Below, one piece after another: positions 12,892-25,896 of a stretch of 64,000 nt of DNA (position 1 is the stretch's first letter; every line of letters begins with the position of its first letter). Under the pieces are notes generated by a model, which was not told where the DNA came from, made no database searches, and saw nothing but the letters and a program-made list of their open reading frames with translations. Source of the stretch: Psammoneis japonica. Taxonomy: Eukaryota. Position numbers and translations under genes: made by a program. The stretch spans positions 559,998 to 623,997 of the forward strand of contig QPGO01000015.1 in assembly GCA_008632985.1 (NCBI GenBank), written 5' to 3'.

Positions 12892-13757
12892 TCAGTTGTC
12901 ATTCAGCATCCACGAGGGCACATCTTGAGCAATTTCCAATGGATCAACAACGAAATCTCGTCGACAGCAAGGGCACGAGTATTGAAACGATGCGCGCTTC
13001 TTTTTCAGCAGCCAGGTCTTGATACATTCATGATGAAAAACGTGTTCACATGATGGGTTTGACGAAAAGACGGCTTTGTCTCCTACCTCATACTCGAGCA
13101 AGCAAATGGTGCAATGGTTTGGTACGAGGCGTAGTCCGTTGTCCATGACACCAGAATGAGCGTTTTCACAGCTCACGAATCCAGGAAACGGTAGTTCGAT
13201 GTACGGAGCGCCGGTGACACGGTTTCTTTCTTCAATACTGGTAGATGTATCACTGACTGAATCATCGTCTTGGACAGTTTCAGAGTCTTCTGATCCAATC
13301 TTTTTTACCCTGCTTGTCAATTTTGCGAGCACCATTGCCTCTCTATCTTTGTCTGTACAAGCCGGGTCCTCGGTCACGTCAACTATCTGCGACACATCTT
13401 CTACGGCTGTTGCATACGATTGCTCATCCTGTTTATCGCTTTCGTAGACAAAGTGATCTGAAGTCAGCTTCTGCAAAAGGAAAAAGGAATTCGCAATCAA
13501 AAGTAAATGAGCACAAGCGTATTGTCAGTTTCCAACTCAATATTGCGACATATCCTCCTCACCACTGTTACGTAACCAAGGAGTTGACGGACTCTAGCGC
13601 TTGTCTCCGATCGTATCCTTTTTGACGTTCTCCTACTTGTAGGTCTTGGTTCATCGATTTCTTCGTCAGTGTCCTGGTCTTGTACCTCTTGTTCTACACT
13701 GACAACGCTCGCGTCCCCGCTCCTCCTTCTCCTGGGGTAACAGAAGCTGCATCCCAT
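12892..13757 (-). CDS. RING-H2 zinc-finger protein (putative E3 ligase), one intron
   Basis: CTICLLEY...CEHVFHHECIKTWL...CPCCRR in ORF 12892-13500. Upstream exon starts MGCSFCYP (ATG at 13757) and joins through an intron at about 13472-13562. Confidence 0.85.
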
Positions 13758-14082
13758 TCTGATCAATTCGACACGGAGGCTCAAAATGAATTTATCTATG
13801 GAGCAATCAGCTGAAACCTGTCAATCAAATGTTGTCTCGGTCACTTTACATAAATCCTGAGGGTTTCAAAAAGTGAGGCCTCGCATTCCACGATAGAAAT
13901 GTCCTTCGTTTATGAATATGAAACTAAATCTAAATTGTATATCCAAATCTTAAGCAATTAAGGATAAATAATAAAACGTCCGTACTGAGGATTTATTTTG
14001 TCTTGCTGTTCGTCCATCGAACCATGCACATTCACGCAGTCGCAACAGCAACACGATGGGAATTTAATCCATCGGCCGCGCC

Positions 14083-15263
14083 ATGAACGAAGGAGTACAA
14101 GAAAGGGATGCTGCGGCAGAGCCTCCCTCCTCGAGTCTACGCATGCTACCTCGATGGGTAGTGATTGCCAAATATATTTTGTTAGCGATTACAGCGTTTC
14201 TTTTGACGTTGCTCTGCCCTGGCACTCGCCTGTGGATTTCTGACATGGATGTAGAAACGCTTGATTTAGAATGCTTCGCAGAATTGACAACAGTGCTACT
14301 CTTGACGTTAATAACTCTCTTCATGGTTCAAGGTAGTGATCCTGGATATTTGAACTCAGAGATTATGGCCAAAGCTTTTGAAGAAGACGAGGTCTGCTTA
14401 ATTCACAATGACGAAGACGGCAACCCTCTCACACAAGAAATTACGAGACGAACAACGATGGCCAACAACTATGTATCAGACACTTCGCTTACATCAGATC
14501 CGCGATTGCACAGTCTGGAAAATGCAAGTGCAAAAGGTCAAGCTGATTTCTTTGAGGGGACACGACGGAAACGATGCGAAACATGCGAGTTTGCACCTCC
14601 GTTGCGTGCGCATCACTGTCGCTTCTGCGACAAATGTGTAGCAACGTTTGATCATCACTGCACGTTTATCGGGACTTGCATCGGTGAACGAAACCATTGT
14701 CGGTTCTGGTGGTTTTTGACTGCTCAACTACTAGGATTTCTGATTTGCTCCTCCATCGTTGGATCGTCGAGCTTGGGCTTCACTTCGCTTTTCAAAGATG
14801 TATCACGTGATGCTTTGCTCGTTGTAGCTGCCAAACTCTACTTGTATCCGCTCGCATGGGCAGCATTGTTTATGTGGTGTGGACACACCTTGTTTGCTTT
14901 GGCGAACCGCACATCTTTTGAATGTGCCAAAGGACCAGCGCACATTGACTACCTCCGTGGTACACTTGATACTGACCTGCCATTTAGCAAGGTGAGTACG
15001 TCATGTGGTGTGCGATACTGAATATTGAGAATGTTTCATTCCTCATAACCCTAGTGATATTCTTTCGTTCCTGTTGATTTTCTCTCTAGGGATTGGACGG
15101 CAACTTGCGGCTCTTTTGTTGTGAGAGAGATACGTGTTGCCTGACTGTTGCAAGTACCAATGAATGGACACCAATCATCTGGAAGGCTCCTGGGAAGATT
15201 GTCCGTGACTCGGAAGATTGGTTCGAGCACCCATGGCAGAATAAATACTGGAGCTGTTGTTGA
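14083..15263 (+). CDS. DHHC palmitoyltransferase, 2 exons
   Basis: SDPG motif and CETC...[34 protein letters not shown], with TM helices. Intron 14992-15089; exon 2 reads GLDGNLR...NKYWSCC*. Confidence 0.93.
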
Positions 15264-15664
15264 ATAACAACAGCGTCCTTCGTTGCGTTCGGTGAGTTCA
15301 ATAACACTGTTCCTCTTCACCGAGGATCGCACGCCGTATCTTCGATTTCAGCGCATTCCCTTCTTTCTACGAGGAGGTCGAGTGCAGTGTTGTCATCGTT
15401 CATTTTGTGTGCTAAATGAAATGGATTGCTAATATAGTTGGACGAGACTGCCTTTCTCCGTGGCAAGACTGTCCTGGATGGCTTCCAACATTTTTCGATT
15501 GTGAAGCGACATCTCATGCTTTATTGCACTTCTTTTTCTTAACTGTGAAGAGATACTAGCCTAAACGCCTCGGCTCCTTAAATGCCACGCACAAGGTACA
15601 CTATGAAACTTAAATAGAATATCGTAATTCGTCCACTCACCCCTCTCAAGACAACACCAGTGGC

Positions 15665-16312
15665 TTACTCAACCAAAGAAATCTTTTCTCGTATCGTTTC
15701 CTCCACCCGGTTCCAATATTGCAGTACAGCTGTCAGCCTCCTGGCTTCCTCCAAATCGTTTCTTTCAAAGGCATCACCCAGTTCCACGTACAGTTTCTCC
15801 ATTCGGCTCTTGTTCTCTGAAAACAACTTCTGCAAGTCTTCGTCTGACGTGGTGTTGTCAATTTCCTCTCGTATTTCCATAACGTCCATCAAGAAGGCTG
15901 GACCTACAAGTGCACCAGTATCTTTTTCATCCATTGGTTTTCCCATAAGTTCCAAGAGATAGAGTGCACGAGACTGTGGATTAGCGACAACGTCGTAGCA
16001 CCGAGTCACTCGAGATGCTTTTCGATGCAAATCATCTCGTTCTGCTTCCGGTTTCGAGGTATGCCTATCTGGATGCAACTCTGACATGAGCTGTCTGTAT
16101 TTTTGTTTCAATTCCTCCGAGGGGATTGAAAATTTCTCGTCGACTCCGAATTCATGGAAGCAGCATTCACAGCAATCTACGACATCATCCTCGCCAGAGC
16201 AGGCAGCATGAGAGAAAGAACTGGAGTACATGCTTAGCGGAGCTGTCCATCGCCGATGACAGCGTAATTCACTCATCCGCTTTTCCAATATCATAGCCGT
16301 GCGATTCAACAT
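15665..16312 (-). CDS. HSC20: Fe-S cluster co-chaperone Hsc20/Jac1/HscB
   Basis: J-domain LKQKYRQLMSELHPDRH, RALYLLEL, FLMDVMEIREEI and a C-terminal LQYW motif. Basic N-terminus resembles a mitochondrial presequence; start codon uncertain. Confidence 0.9.
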   Translation of the reverse strand: MLNRTAMILEKRMSELRCHRRWTAPLSMYSSSFSHAACSGEDDVVDCCECCFHEFGVDEKFSIPSEELKQKYRQLMSELHPDRHTSKPEAERDDLHRKASRVTRCYDVVANPQSRALYLLELMGKPMDEKDTGALVGPAFLMDVMEIREEIDNTTSDEDLQKLFSENKSRMEKLYVELGDAFERNDLEEARRLTAVLQYWNRVEETIREKISLVE

Positions 16313-16622
16313 TTCCAAGAAGCGATAAACAAAGCGAAACAATACAGCTACCAACGCAACCGGTACGGTAGATTGAAGATGCAGGATGAAGGTACGAAAG
16401 TGCGAAGCTTTGCGTGGTGACGACCAAATAATGGCGTCGCAACTCGAAACGTCTCTCGCGCGCCAAAAACGCGGGAATGAACAGAATCAACATGCTGACG
16501 TAGATGGCGAACGCTGACGTGGTAGACGAAGTGGATGCAGAAAAAACAAATCGAAAATGGGCGCACATAGCTACATGCTGTCATTGTTCAATTTGTACCG
16601 GTACGGAGAAGCCCGACACACC

Positions 16623-17819
16623 ATGAGGCTGCGTTTTGCACATTCCGTTCGAATTCTTGCGGTTGGTTTTGTGGTTTTTGTAGCCGTAAGTGGATTCTCA
16701 ACAAACCCAAACGTCCGGGTGGTACTAGAAAAAAGTTCGCCTTCTCGGAAAGCGACGTTGTTGAGGGTAGGTAGTGACGACAGCACAGAAGACGAAGCCG
16801 CTCGCCTTCGAGCCCAAGCTGATGAGTTGAGAGATCAGATCCGTAGAATGGAGGATGCTCTTGGAGATGATCGACCTCGCGGCTATGATGTGCCGCCCTC
16901 TCAACCAGCGGCGCCTGTAGCACAGAAAGAACAGGGCATGTCTTTGAAAAACAAAAGAGTTTTGGTTGTTGGAGCAAACGGGAGACTGGGGTCAATGGTG
17001 TGTCGGTATCTGCTTAGAAATAACGCACAGACTGAGGTCGTAGCTGCCGTCCACTACGTGGGGGAGAATAGCCCAACCGCACGAGGATATGGTCGGCTTT
17101 CGTATGAAGTGGGTGCAGAGGATGGAGTAGGCTCCATCGGTGCAGCGTGGTCGGAAGAAAGGACAGCAACCTTCCGTTATTCAGACGAAATGAAGGATTA
17201 TAACCTACGGAATCTCAGGCTAGTGGAAGTAGAACTTCTGGATCCCGTTCAATGCAACACAGTGACCGAAGGAGTCGATGCTGTCATTTGGTGCGCCACG
17301 GATTTCAACGGCAACAAACCGCGTGCTGTTTCCGGTCTTAACGTGGCTTTTCTGTTTCGGGCTCTCGCTGACCCCACCAAAGGACGTGTTGAAATCGAAG
17401 GCCTTCGCAACATTCTCGGTGGGCTGAAAACCAGCAGAATAAATAGTCCAGGCTCGCAAGCAAGGTCTCCAAATGATCCCATTGACTTTGTACTAGTGTC
17501 AACAGCACCAGAGGCATACAACGACTTTGAGACCCCCTACGGCACATTCAATGGGCTGAAGCGTGAGGGTGAGAAAATTCTGGACGAGTTCCCGAGTATT
17601 TCGAGCGCCGTGCTGCAAATGAGCAAATACGAAGACAACTTTGTAGAAGAAAGTCTCGACCTAATTATGGTTGACTCAAAAAACGATACCGAAGATGATG
17701 AATATTTGAAGAGCAGAAGACGAATAAATCGAAGAGACGCAGCAAGGGCTGCTGTTGATGCACTCACGGATGAATCCTTGCAAGGGAAAACGACTCAAAT
17801 CTGGACTGCGACTAGATAG
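16623..17819 (+). CDS. NAD(P)-binding Rossmann-fold protein (atypical SDR/NmrA-like), probably plastid-targeted
   Basis: VLVVGANGRLG dinucleotide-binding motif, GVDAVIWCA and INRRDAARAAV. Signal peptide ends VAVSG-F, like diatom ASAF-type bipartite presequences. Confidence 0.8.
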   Translation: MRLRFAHSVRILAVGFVVFVAVSGFSTNPNVRVVLEKSSPSRKATLLRVGSDDSTEDEAARLRAQADELRDQIRRMEDALGDDRPRGYDVPPSQPAAPVAQKEQGMSLKNKRVLVVGANGRLGSMVCRYLLRNNAQTEVVAAVHYVGENSPTARGYGRLSYEVGAEDGVGSIGAAWSEERTATFRYSDEMKDYNLRNLRLVEVELLDPVQCNTVTEGVDAVIWCATDFNGNKPRAVSGLNVAFLFRALADPTKGRVEIEGLRNILGGLKTSRINSPGSQARSPNDPIDFVLVSTAPEAYNDFETPYGTFNGLKREGEKILDEFPSISSAVLQMSKYEDNFVEESLDLIMVDSKNDTEDDEYLKSRRRINRRDAARAAVDALTDESLQGKTTQIWTATR

Positions 17820-17985
17820 CCTCGCTATGAAAAACTGACTTAAAGTAGAATTACCCTAGCTTTTCAACCGAGTAGTTCCGGATTTATACAGATGTTTTGT
17901 TCCGATTGTTAATGGGTAGAAACCAAAATATTTGCCAAAAAGGCGAACTTACGCTCACCGTCAAATTCAGTTTCTCATCTAATAT

Positions 17986-18470
17986 TCAACATTTTAATGC
18001 TGTCCGTGACATTTGACGATTCTTGTTCCTCTCGCCGAGACGAAGTTCTTGATCCTGCTGTTGTTTGTTCTCCTTCTTCTCTCTTCCTCCTTCCTCTTTC
18101 CGTTCTGTTCCAAGTAAAGGGACTTCCGGTAGCTCCGCGAGAGACGATTGTTCATCACTTTCACCGGCGCAGTACTCGTCAAAAAAGTCAAACAAGCCAT
18201 CATCTTCCAGTGAGATCTTTTGTCTCTCCTCGTCGTCATTGAAAGACAACTCTGCTTCGTATTCGGATTTTGCTGCATCTTCTTCAGCTGCTTCGTACGC
18301 GGCTATTACACGGACATTTTCAGAAACAGGTTGAAAAAGTAGGTTGGAGAATAGTGCGTCAACACCTCTTTATCTTCTGCGGGTGACGGGCATCGTTTAA
18401 TAGAGTGAGTCCGCTTTGTTCGAACTGGCGTCATCATGCTGGCCGCCTCTTTCATGGCGTCGCATGACAT
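17986..18470 (-). CDS. Small acidic hypothetical protein, probably with one short intron
   Basis: Charged open frame 17986 to about 18330 (AAYEAAEEDAAKSEYEAELSFNDDEERQ...) with a plausible upstream exon. No recognisable domain. Confidence 0.4.
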
Positions 18471-19100
18471 GATCTTCAATCGCTGTCTTCTGCTTTTCTG
18501 CGTTTGGGTGTCAATCGGAAGACTGGCTTCAACGTCTCGAAACTTTCAAAAAGAGTCCGTCGTTCGGGGGTTTCCTTGTAACTTCTTTAGAGAGTGTGTG
18601 TGTGTAAGGTCAAAGGATAGTCGATTGGTGCCATAGCGTAGACATTGGGCAATCTCAAATCGTTATTTTGCAGCTGTTGCTTAGGGCTATGTTTTTTTCT
18701 CGTTTCTCTGCATTTGGCATCTTTGTGCGTGACTCGTACACAATTCACGTTGATTTCTACGTAAGAAGCTTCCTTGTTGCGTTGAACTGAACGTACTGGA
18801 GTTCTACTTGTGCCACGATGGAAATGGAAATAGAGCTACCAGCTACAACTCTAGCTCTAGCTAGAGAGTAGTTATGGCAATAGAGACTATGATGCGTATG
18901 TACAGGTGAAAAAGCCAGCAGTCAAAGTGCTGTTGTCAACCCAGGGCTGATTGCTAATGCCCTACCGTGGAGAGTAGAGACGTCTTGCTAGAGTAAAGAC
19001 TATCTACAATCCTAATCCACACTACCTATTCGGCGACTGAATCAGACTGATTAATCTCCTAAGGGCAGTCCATCGTCAAACTTGACAGAACTAAACGTGC

Positions 19101-21449
19101 CTAAGAATCTGCCTCATCGTCGTCGTTGCGTCCTGTGATTTCAGCAATGAACGCCTCTTCCTCCGACTCGGACGCATCGTCATATGGATGGTTTCGGAAT
19201 AGCTTTTCAATATCTTCGAGCGCAAGTCCCTTCGTTTCAGGAAGGGCGCAACACAGCCAGGCCAATCCAATTCCAGCGACAGCAGCATACAGCCAGAATG
19301 CACCTACCAACGTCGCGACGATGTAGGTGAGCATGACTCAACTTGTTCAAGGATCATCATTGTGCGACGAAAAACACAGCACTCACCATATGCTTCAAGA
19401 GCCGCAGGGCTGCTGATTGACAGGAATGTAGCGCTTACGATCAGGTTACAAATCCAGTTTGTCGCCGTGCTGAAACTGACCGCCAGAGAACGATGCCGCA
19501 GGGGATAAATTTCAGAATTGATTGTCCAAGGCAAAGCCCCCATTCCAATACCAAACGCAAGTAGATAAGACACCATGAAGAACACAGAAGCCCAGCCAAG
19601 CGGGTTTGAACATGTATTATACACCCACTTGGAATCCATGGGACAAATATCGAGTTTAAAGGGTCCCGTTTTGTTGCCTCCAGAACATACTCCGCCACAA
19701 AAGCCACATCCTTCTATACCGACACAATCATAACAGTACGTTGTGATGCCACTCCAAATAGTGGCAGGCTGCGAACCACAGTGACCCACGGCCGTTTCGA
19801 CACTAGGGGAGGTCACTCGCGCGAGGTAAAAGGTCGAGCCAAGCCCGATAAGACAAACGACGACCAATGAAAGAGAGGTAAGGACGAGTCGACGACGACC
19901 CGATCTTTCTACAAGAACAAGACTGAGAGCAATGCCAGCAACCTGAGCCAGAGCTGTAAAGCCGCTGAGCCATACTGACGTTATTTCTGTATATTTCACG
20001 AAATGAAAGATGTAGCTGTATGTGAGAACACGATGCCATCGTCGTGGTCGACATCCAGAAAGGGGCATTCTTACCATCAAATTCGGACATCTCGTATATG
20101 CTTGCCGCATAGTACTGCAACGCAACGAATTTCATTTGTTGTTGTGAGAGATACAGCTAAAAAGCAAAGAGCTGAAACTATTGATGAACTTACCATGACG
20201 GTGTTGATTCCAGAGAGTTGCTGTATCACCATAAGTCCACATCCAAGTGTGAGCGCACGTCGCGTTGGGGCGTCGCGAAGCATGTCAATGACTCGACGAC
20301 AGAAGCTCGCTTCTTTGGGAGCATTGTTTGGTGTTTCCGCAGGGATGTCGAGGGGGGAGAGCGCATCAGGAACTCCTTCATTATCAGCTGTCGCATTGCT
20401 ATCCGTCTTGTTTGGAAGCGTGAGGTTGATATCCACCAACTCTTCACTTGCTGCCGTATCTGTGTCACGCATCGCCTTTAGTACCTCGAGAGCTTCGTGC
20501 TGCTTTCCTTTCATTGCAAGCCAACGAGGCGATTCAGGAAGTGATAGAAAGCCGTGTAACATAATGATACTTGGGACTGAAGCAAGACCAAGCATATACC
20601 GCCATCCAGTGTCGGGTGAAATTTCGTCAAAAAGACCGTCGACAATTCCTGCGATGAACTGGCCCAATGTTACCATAAGCCCATTCACCGTAACAAGCCT
20701 TCCACGTAATTTGGGCACGGCGACTTCGGCAATGTAAATTGGAGTCGTGAGAGAAGCAACGCCAATGCCAACTCCTACAATGATTCGTCCGGCAACCAGG
20801 GTCTGGTAACTCCAAGCAGCCGCCAAGAGAAATGCTCCGACAGTGAATACGAACGCGGCAAAAAGAATGGCTACTCGTCGTCCAAACATTGAATTAAGGC
20901 TACCACCGCAAAGAGAAGAAACAAATGCCGCAAGTACGGTGGAAGAAACAACAACCTCTTCTTGCTCTGGAGTCAAATCAAAAGCTCTTTGGATTGGGAG
21001 AATGGCACCCGAAATCACTCCTGCGTGCATGAGAAAATCATGTTTTAGAATATTCGCTTCTAAGTGCAGCATATTCATTCAACAAACTCACCAGTGTCAT
21101 AGCCAAAGAGGAACCCTCCAATGGCAGCAATGAAAACTAGAAATCTCATCTTTTTGTTGACTTCGGCTTCCCTCATTCTTCTCAATCCTTCTTCATTTAC
21201 ACGTCGGCTGGAAGCGGCACTCAGGGCATAGCTTCCGTATTTTCCATTCGATCCATCTTGGTCGCTCTTTACGCGATGACTTATCATTCGTCGAACCCGG
21301 TCGTTCATTCTACCGGCCAAGTTCTTGCGTCTCGGTCTCTCGGCGTGGTCGCTGTCATTTTCAATCTCCGTCGCTTCGGCTACGTCAGACTCCTCCTCTG
21401 ACAGAGCGACTGGCTTCCAGTCAGGACTAGAATTCTTTCCCAATGGCAT
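19101..21449 (-). CDS. MFS sugar-porter family transporter, myo-inositol (HMIT/INT)-like, multi-exon
   Basis: [21 protein letters not shown] loop, [35 protein letters not shown] and PETKG. Large Cys-rich loop (CYDC..CGFC..C..C) is typical of the HMIT/INT subfamily. Confidence 0.92.
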
Positions 21450-21867
21450 GTTATCAAGTGCAAAAGACTTTTCTTACACCGGTGCTGGAAATAACATGTG
21501 GAGCATAGTCTACCGGTACGAAGTTGGGCAATAAGTCGAGGCGAGAAGCGAAAGCGTGCAGATGCGAAAAAGGAAAAAGCGCTGGGGCGGGCAACGGGCA
21601 AGCCTGAGGCGCGGGCGATAGACGCGCGTGGGAACGACCTCGAGCAATTCTTGCGAAGGACCGCCCGGACTTCGAAGAGCTAAAAAACTGTCTGTAGCAA
21701 GCTGAACATACTTGTAGTATTGAAAACGGCTACACGTACTCTAGTGGCTCATTAAACAAGGATATGGTTACTAACATCTTAGTCTAAGTTGAATTCCTTC
21801 CGAGCTGTTTATAGTCTTCCTGGAGTTTCAGTAGAACGCAAAGCTGAACACTAACTGGCTCGTTCCC

Positions 21868-23595
21868 TTAAAGGTTCGAAGAAATGGAATTCTCGAACGC
21901 CGCTGTAAGGATGTGTGGATAGCAGACAGTAGTGAGAAAGTCGTCAAGCTCTTCCCCCGTTAGCATGTTCTCCACCTGTCAAATCCAGAAAACAAAGCAA
22001 GAATTAGCCACACCGTTTTGCACCTACAGCAAATAGACTAGCTCGTAAATTTGTGATGTACGTACCAACTTTCCAGCTAGGTTCCACTTTCCCGTGTTGC
22101 CATGACGGTTGACCTCTTGTTCAATCAGACTCGAGAGCCTTTCCGACGTGATGGCTTGATTATCATCCTCCGTGGACAATCCTTGAACCCTCCACTGAAA
22201 GATCTGAGCACGACTAATTTCAGCCGTGGCGGCATCCTCCATGGCATTGTTGAGAGGGATGCATCCAACACCACGAAGCCACGCCTCAGTGTAGGCCAAT
22301 ACAATTGCAACTCCACGCTTCAAGCCTGCACTTGTAATAGCCTGTCCACGAGGCACTTGTGGGAGCTTCAAAAGATCCGATTCCGTCACTCGAGCACCCA
22401 CTGTTCCCGGATTGGACTGAATCTGATTCGGTGTCTTCATGTGCTTGTCAAAGACCGTGCGGGCCACTTGAACGAGTGCGGGATGCGCCACCCACGTTCC
22501 GTCGTGTCCGGCGAGGACTTCGCGAAGCTTGTCCTGTTCCACCTTGCTCATGGCCTCGGCATTTTTCTGTGGGTCGTTCTTGACTGGGATTGAGGCACTC
22601 ATCCCCCCCATGGCGAAGGTACCACGTTTGTGACAAATGTGAATAAGTCGCTTGACGTAAGCCTCCATGAGTGGCGTAGTCATGGTGAGATGATTCCTGT
22701 CTGGAGCAGCCTTGTCGGGGTGGTACTTGAACTTCTTGATGTAGCTAAAGAGGTAATCCCATCGGCCGCAGTTGAGTCCGAGCGAGTGGTCCCTGAGCTC
22801 ATAAAGAATCTCCTCCATCTCGAAAGCGGCCGTGATGGTCTCGAGAAGCACCGTGGCGCGAATAGTCCCACGAGGAACTCCAAGGTATTGCTGCGCGGCT
22901 ACAAAGACGTCGTTCCAGAGCCTTGCTTCGAGGTGGCTCTCGAGCTTTGGAATGTAAAAGTACGGCCCCGTACCCTTGCGGATGAGACGATGGACGTTGT
23001 GAAAGAAGTACAGCCCAAAGTCAAAGATGGATCCAGATGCCACTTGTCCGTTGACGGTGACGTGTGCCTCATCAAGATGCCAACCACGCGGACGAACAAA
23101 GAGAACCGACGTGTTTTCTTTCGGGGCGTAGACCTTGCCAGTCTTGGGGTTTGTGTACGTAATTGTACCACGAACAGCGTCGCTTAAGTTCTTCTGTCCT
23201 TCAGTGAGATTGGACCAAGTCGGACTGGTCGAGTCTTCAAAGTCAGCCATGTAAACGTTGGCTCCGCTGTTGAGTCCGTTGATAACCATCTTTCGATCGA
23301 CGGGACCGGTGATTTCGACACGACGGTCCTGAATGTCATGAGGAACAGGAGCACATCGCCACGTGGGATCCGACGCCGCAGGAGAAGTCTTGGAATCGAG
23401 AAAGTGAGGGTTCTCACCGGCGTCAAACTCCAACGCCCGGCCCTTCCTTGCCTCCAAGAGGGCTTGACGACGCTCTCCAAACTTGGCGCAGAGAAAGCCG
23501 ACCAAGCGAAGAGCGTCCGGCGTAAGAATCTCCTCCACTGCTTCGGTGATTGGGGCGTGAACAACCACGTGCACTCCGGGCGAACGGATATCCAT
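21868..23595 (-). CDS. MLS: Malate synthase (glyoxylate cycle), 2 exons, C-terminal -SNL
   Basis: DRRVEITGP, ADFED, VRPRGWHL, GLNCGRWDY, GHDGTWVAHP and MEDAATAEISR. Intron at about 21976-22065; last exon VENMLTGEELDDFLTTVCYPHIL...SSNL*. Confidence 0.96.
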
Positions 23596-24014
23596 GATGC
23601 AGGGATAACTTATGCTACCTAGTCAATCGATGTTGACGAATAGAATATGAGAAGTGTGCCAACACGAGAAGCAGAAACAAAGGATCGTGTCGGTGGATGG
23701 CATCACACTCGAAGCGCGTCACGAGCTTGACACGAAGCACGAGCCAAAACGGGTCCAACCCGGTACTTTATCCGCCACCAACCGATTTAGTCGTGACCGC
23801 GTCACCCAATCAGAGTTCTCAACTGACGTGTAGTACTAGATAACGTAGAAATCCACGAATTGCGTTTTTGAGCGTCCTCCCGTCGCTCCGTCGAATAGCG
23901 CGCCATTTTAGATTTACGTAGAACTTCGTACACTTTCTACGGTGCATCTCCATCGTGCCACCACGCAGACAAATCAGACAAACCTCATTCATCTTCTCTC
24001 ATCATCCCTCGACC

Positions 24015-24634
24015 ATGACAGCCTCCACCGCCTTAGCGTCGCCCCCTTCGTCTGTAAGATACCAAGGACTTCTTGGTGTCATTGACAAGTCTCTTGAAGA
24101 GAGTCGCAAAGCGTTTGACACGGACGCTGCCGTGAAAGAGTGCTATGGAAATGACACAGCGTTGTTTGGTGACGAGAACGGGCCCAACAACACGAGGCTA
24201 CCAACGGTCATTGACGGTATGGTTGATCGCATCAATGATCGAGTCAAGGATCACATTATCGATTTGTTTCAGAAAGAAGGAGTCCCTGAAAATTGGCAAA
24301 GCTGGACGAACTAATTGACTCGTTTGAAAAGGCCGAGACGGAAGCAAAAGAGGCTGATGCAAAAGACTCGCAGTCCGCTGTGGTTGCAGCGACAGATGCA
24401 AAACTCCCTCAGGGTGTCTCTCCGTCCGATGCCATTAGCTACCACGCCTTTTCTGTTATGAAGAGCGAGAAAGAAGCACTGTCGGCTGAAGTTGAAAAAG
24501 TCGAGTCGGAAATCAAGAGCATTGAAGAACAGATTGAAAAGGGGGAGGCTTTTGTCAATGAACGAGTGAAGAAAATTCAACAAGCAGGCAAGAACCTTGA
24601 ATCAGATGCAGACCGATGCACAATGGCCTCCTGA
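24015..24634 (+). CDS. Coiled-coil protein, possibly Nnf1/PMF1 (MIS12 complex)-like; 1-nt frameshift near 24290
   Basis: ORFs 23955-24314 and 24293-24634 join as GVPE-KLAKLDELI across an A-run. The layout (RYQ..L, CY, KLxxLDELI, C-terminal coiled coil) recalls Nnf1; family call is inference. Confidence 0.5.
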
Positions 24635-25116
24635 GTAGAACTACTATTCGATATAAGTGGAAGTTTTTGTGATGTAGACGTTTGTTGGATATTTCCGCGG
24701 CAAGCAAGCGTACAAAGGGAGTACGATAAAGATGCTACACACTCTTTTAAAAGGACACTGTAGGCTTTACTTTTCCGAGTAACACATATGTGTGAGCTAA
24801 GTGTTCGTGAAACTTTAGGAATTGCACCATCTGTAGCCGAGTACTGTCAATCAAACTATGCCTCGGAATCCGCAAGCTCCAGTGCACTTCGTACACTTCG
24901 TACCAGCGTTTGTTGGGAGTGGAAGGATAACAGGACTTAATGGAGCATGATGTTAGCTTCAGACCGACCTTGCACATAAAGATATTGCAACGGTTCTGCC
25001 AATCATTGACTTAACAATCTTGTTGGCCAACTCGAAAAATTGGTCGTCGTTTACACGCCCGGCCGAAAAGCGCACCGTCTGCTCCGATTTGTATATCGAT
25101 CCGTGCATCTCCCCGT

Positions 25117-25530
25117 TCATTCGAAATGGCTAAAGCATTTCTTTGTAAACAGGGCAAAATCCAAATCTTGAGACATTCTATCAATATCTTCCGAAAACGA
25201 CTTCATGGTGTGGGCAACCTGAAGTCCCCTTGTCAAGCTGTCATCAATGGTCCTTTCATCCACCGAGTTCAAACCAAAGTACTGCAGCTCTTTCACCAGG
25301 GTGCTCTTTGGGATCGTTGGTGGCAAACTCACGCTGGCATCACAAAGGTAATCTAGTACGTACTGGAAAACAACACCGTTTCGTTCAATGAAAATCTCGG
25401 ACTCGGGATCTTCCTGCCACTGCTCGGACGCACTACGACAAAGCATAGTGTCCGGATACAGGTTGAGTAGGGACCTGGACACCTCGTATTTGCGTCCACC
25501 AACATTGAAAAACACCGTCTCGGTTGCCAT
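25117..25530 (-). CDS. BTB/POZ (KCTD/T1-type) domain protein; C-terminus probably frameshifted
   Basis: VFFNVGGRKYEVSRSLLNLYPDTML...EIFIERNGVVFQYVLDYL...ELQYFGL. Coding-like frames continue downstream toward about 24.75-25.1 kb. Confidence 0.8.
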   Translation of the reverse strand: MATETVFFNVGGRKYEVSRSLLNLYPDTMLCRSASEQWQEDPESEIFIERNGVVFQYVLDYLCDASVSLPPTIPKSTLVKELQYFGLNSVDERTIDDSLTRGLQVAHTMKSFSEDIDRMSQDLDFALFTKKCFSHFE

Positions 25531-25896
25531 GCTTTGAAAGGTTGATTCGCTTCTACTGTCGTTGTATTCCTCGCGATTTTCAAGTTTGGCTGTGCTCCTA
25601 GTTTTCAAGTGACGCGTACACCAAAGGTCACGCACGTGGCATCGATTTTTTCATTTCAGTTCATGACTTCTTGCGCTCTCTTACGGGTACAACTCTACAC
25701 CCCCTCTGAGTAGTAGATAGACAGTGGTAGGCCAGCGTAAGTTGAAGCGCTTTCTATTCCAGATATTGTACCGCGTTCTCACCTTGAAGAATCATTCAAA
25801 GTTAGTGGGTGTTGTTTTCAGGGCCGTAGCTACTGCGTTCTGTACACATACAACGTTAATTATCATTGGAAGCTCTCCTTTTGTTCAACATCTACT

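Noticed and set aside
18830..18875. CTAG/TAGC-rich intergenic patch (similar ones at about 4335-4430)
   Set aside because: Short low-complexity sequence with no supportable function.
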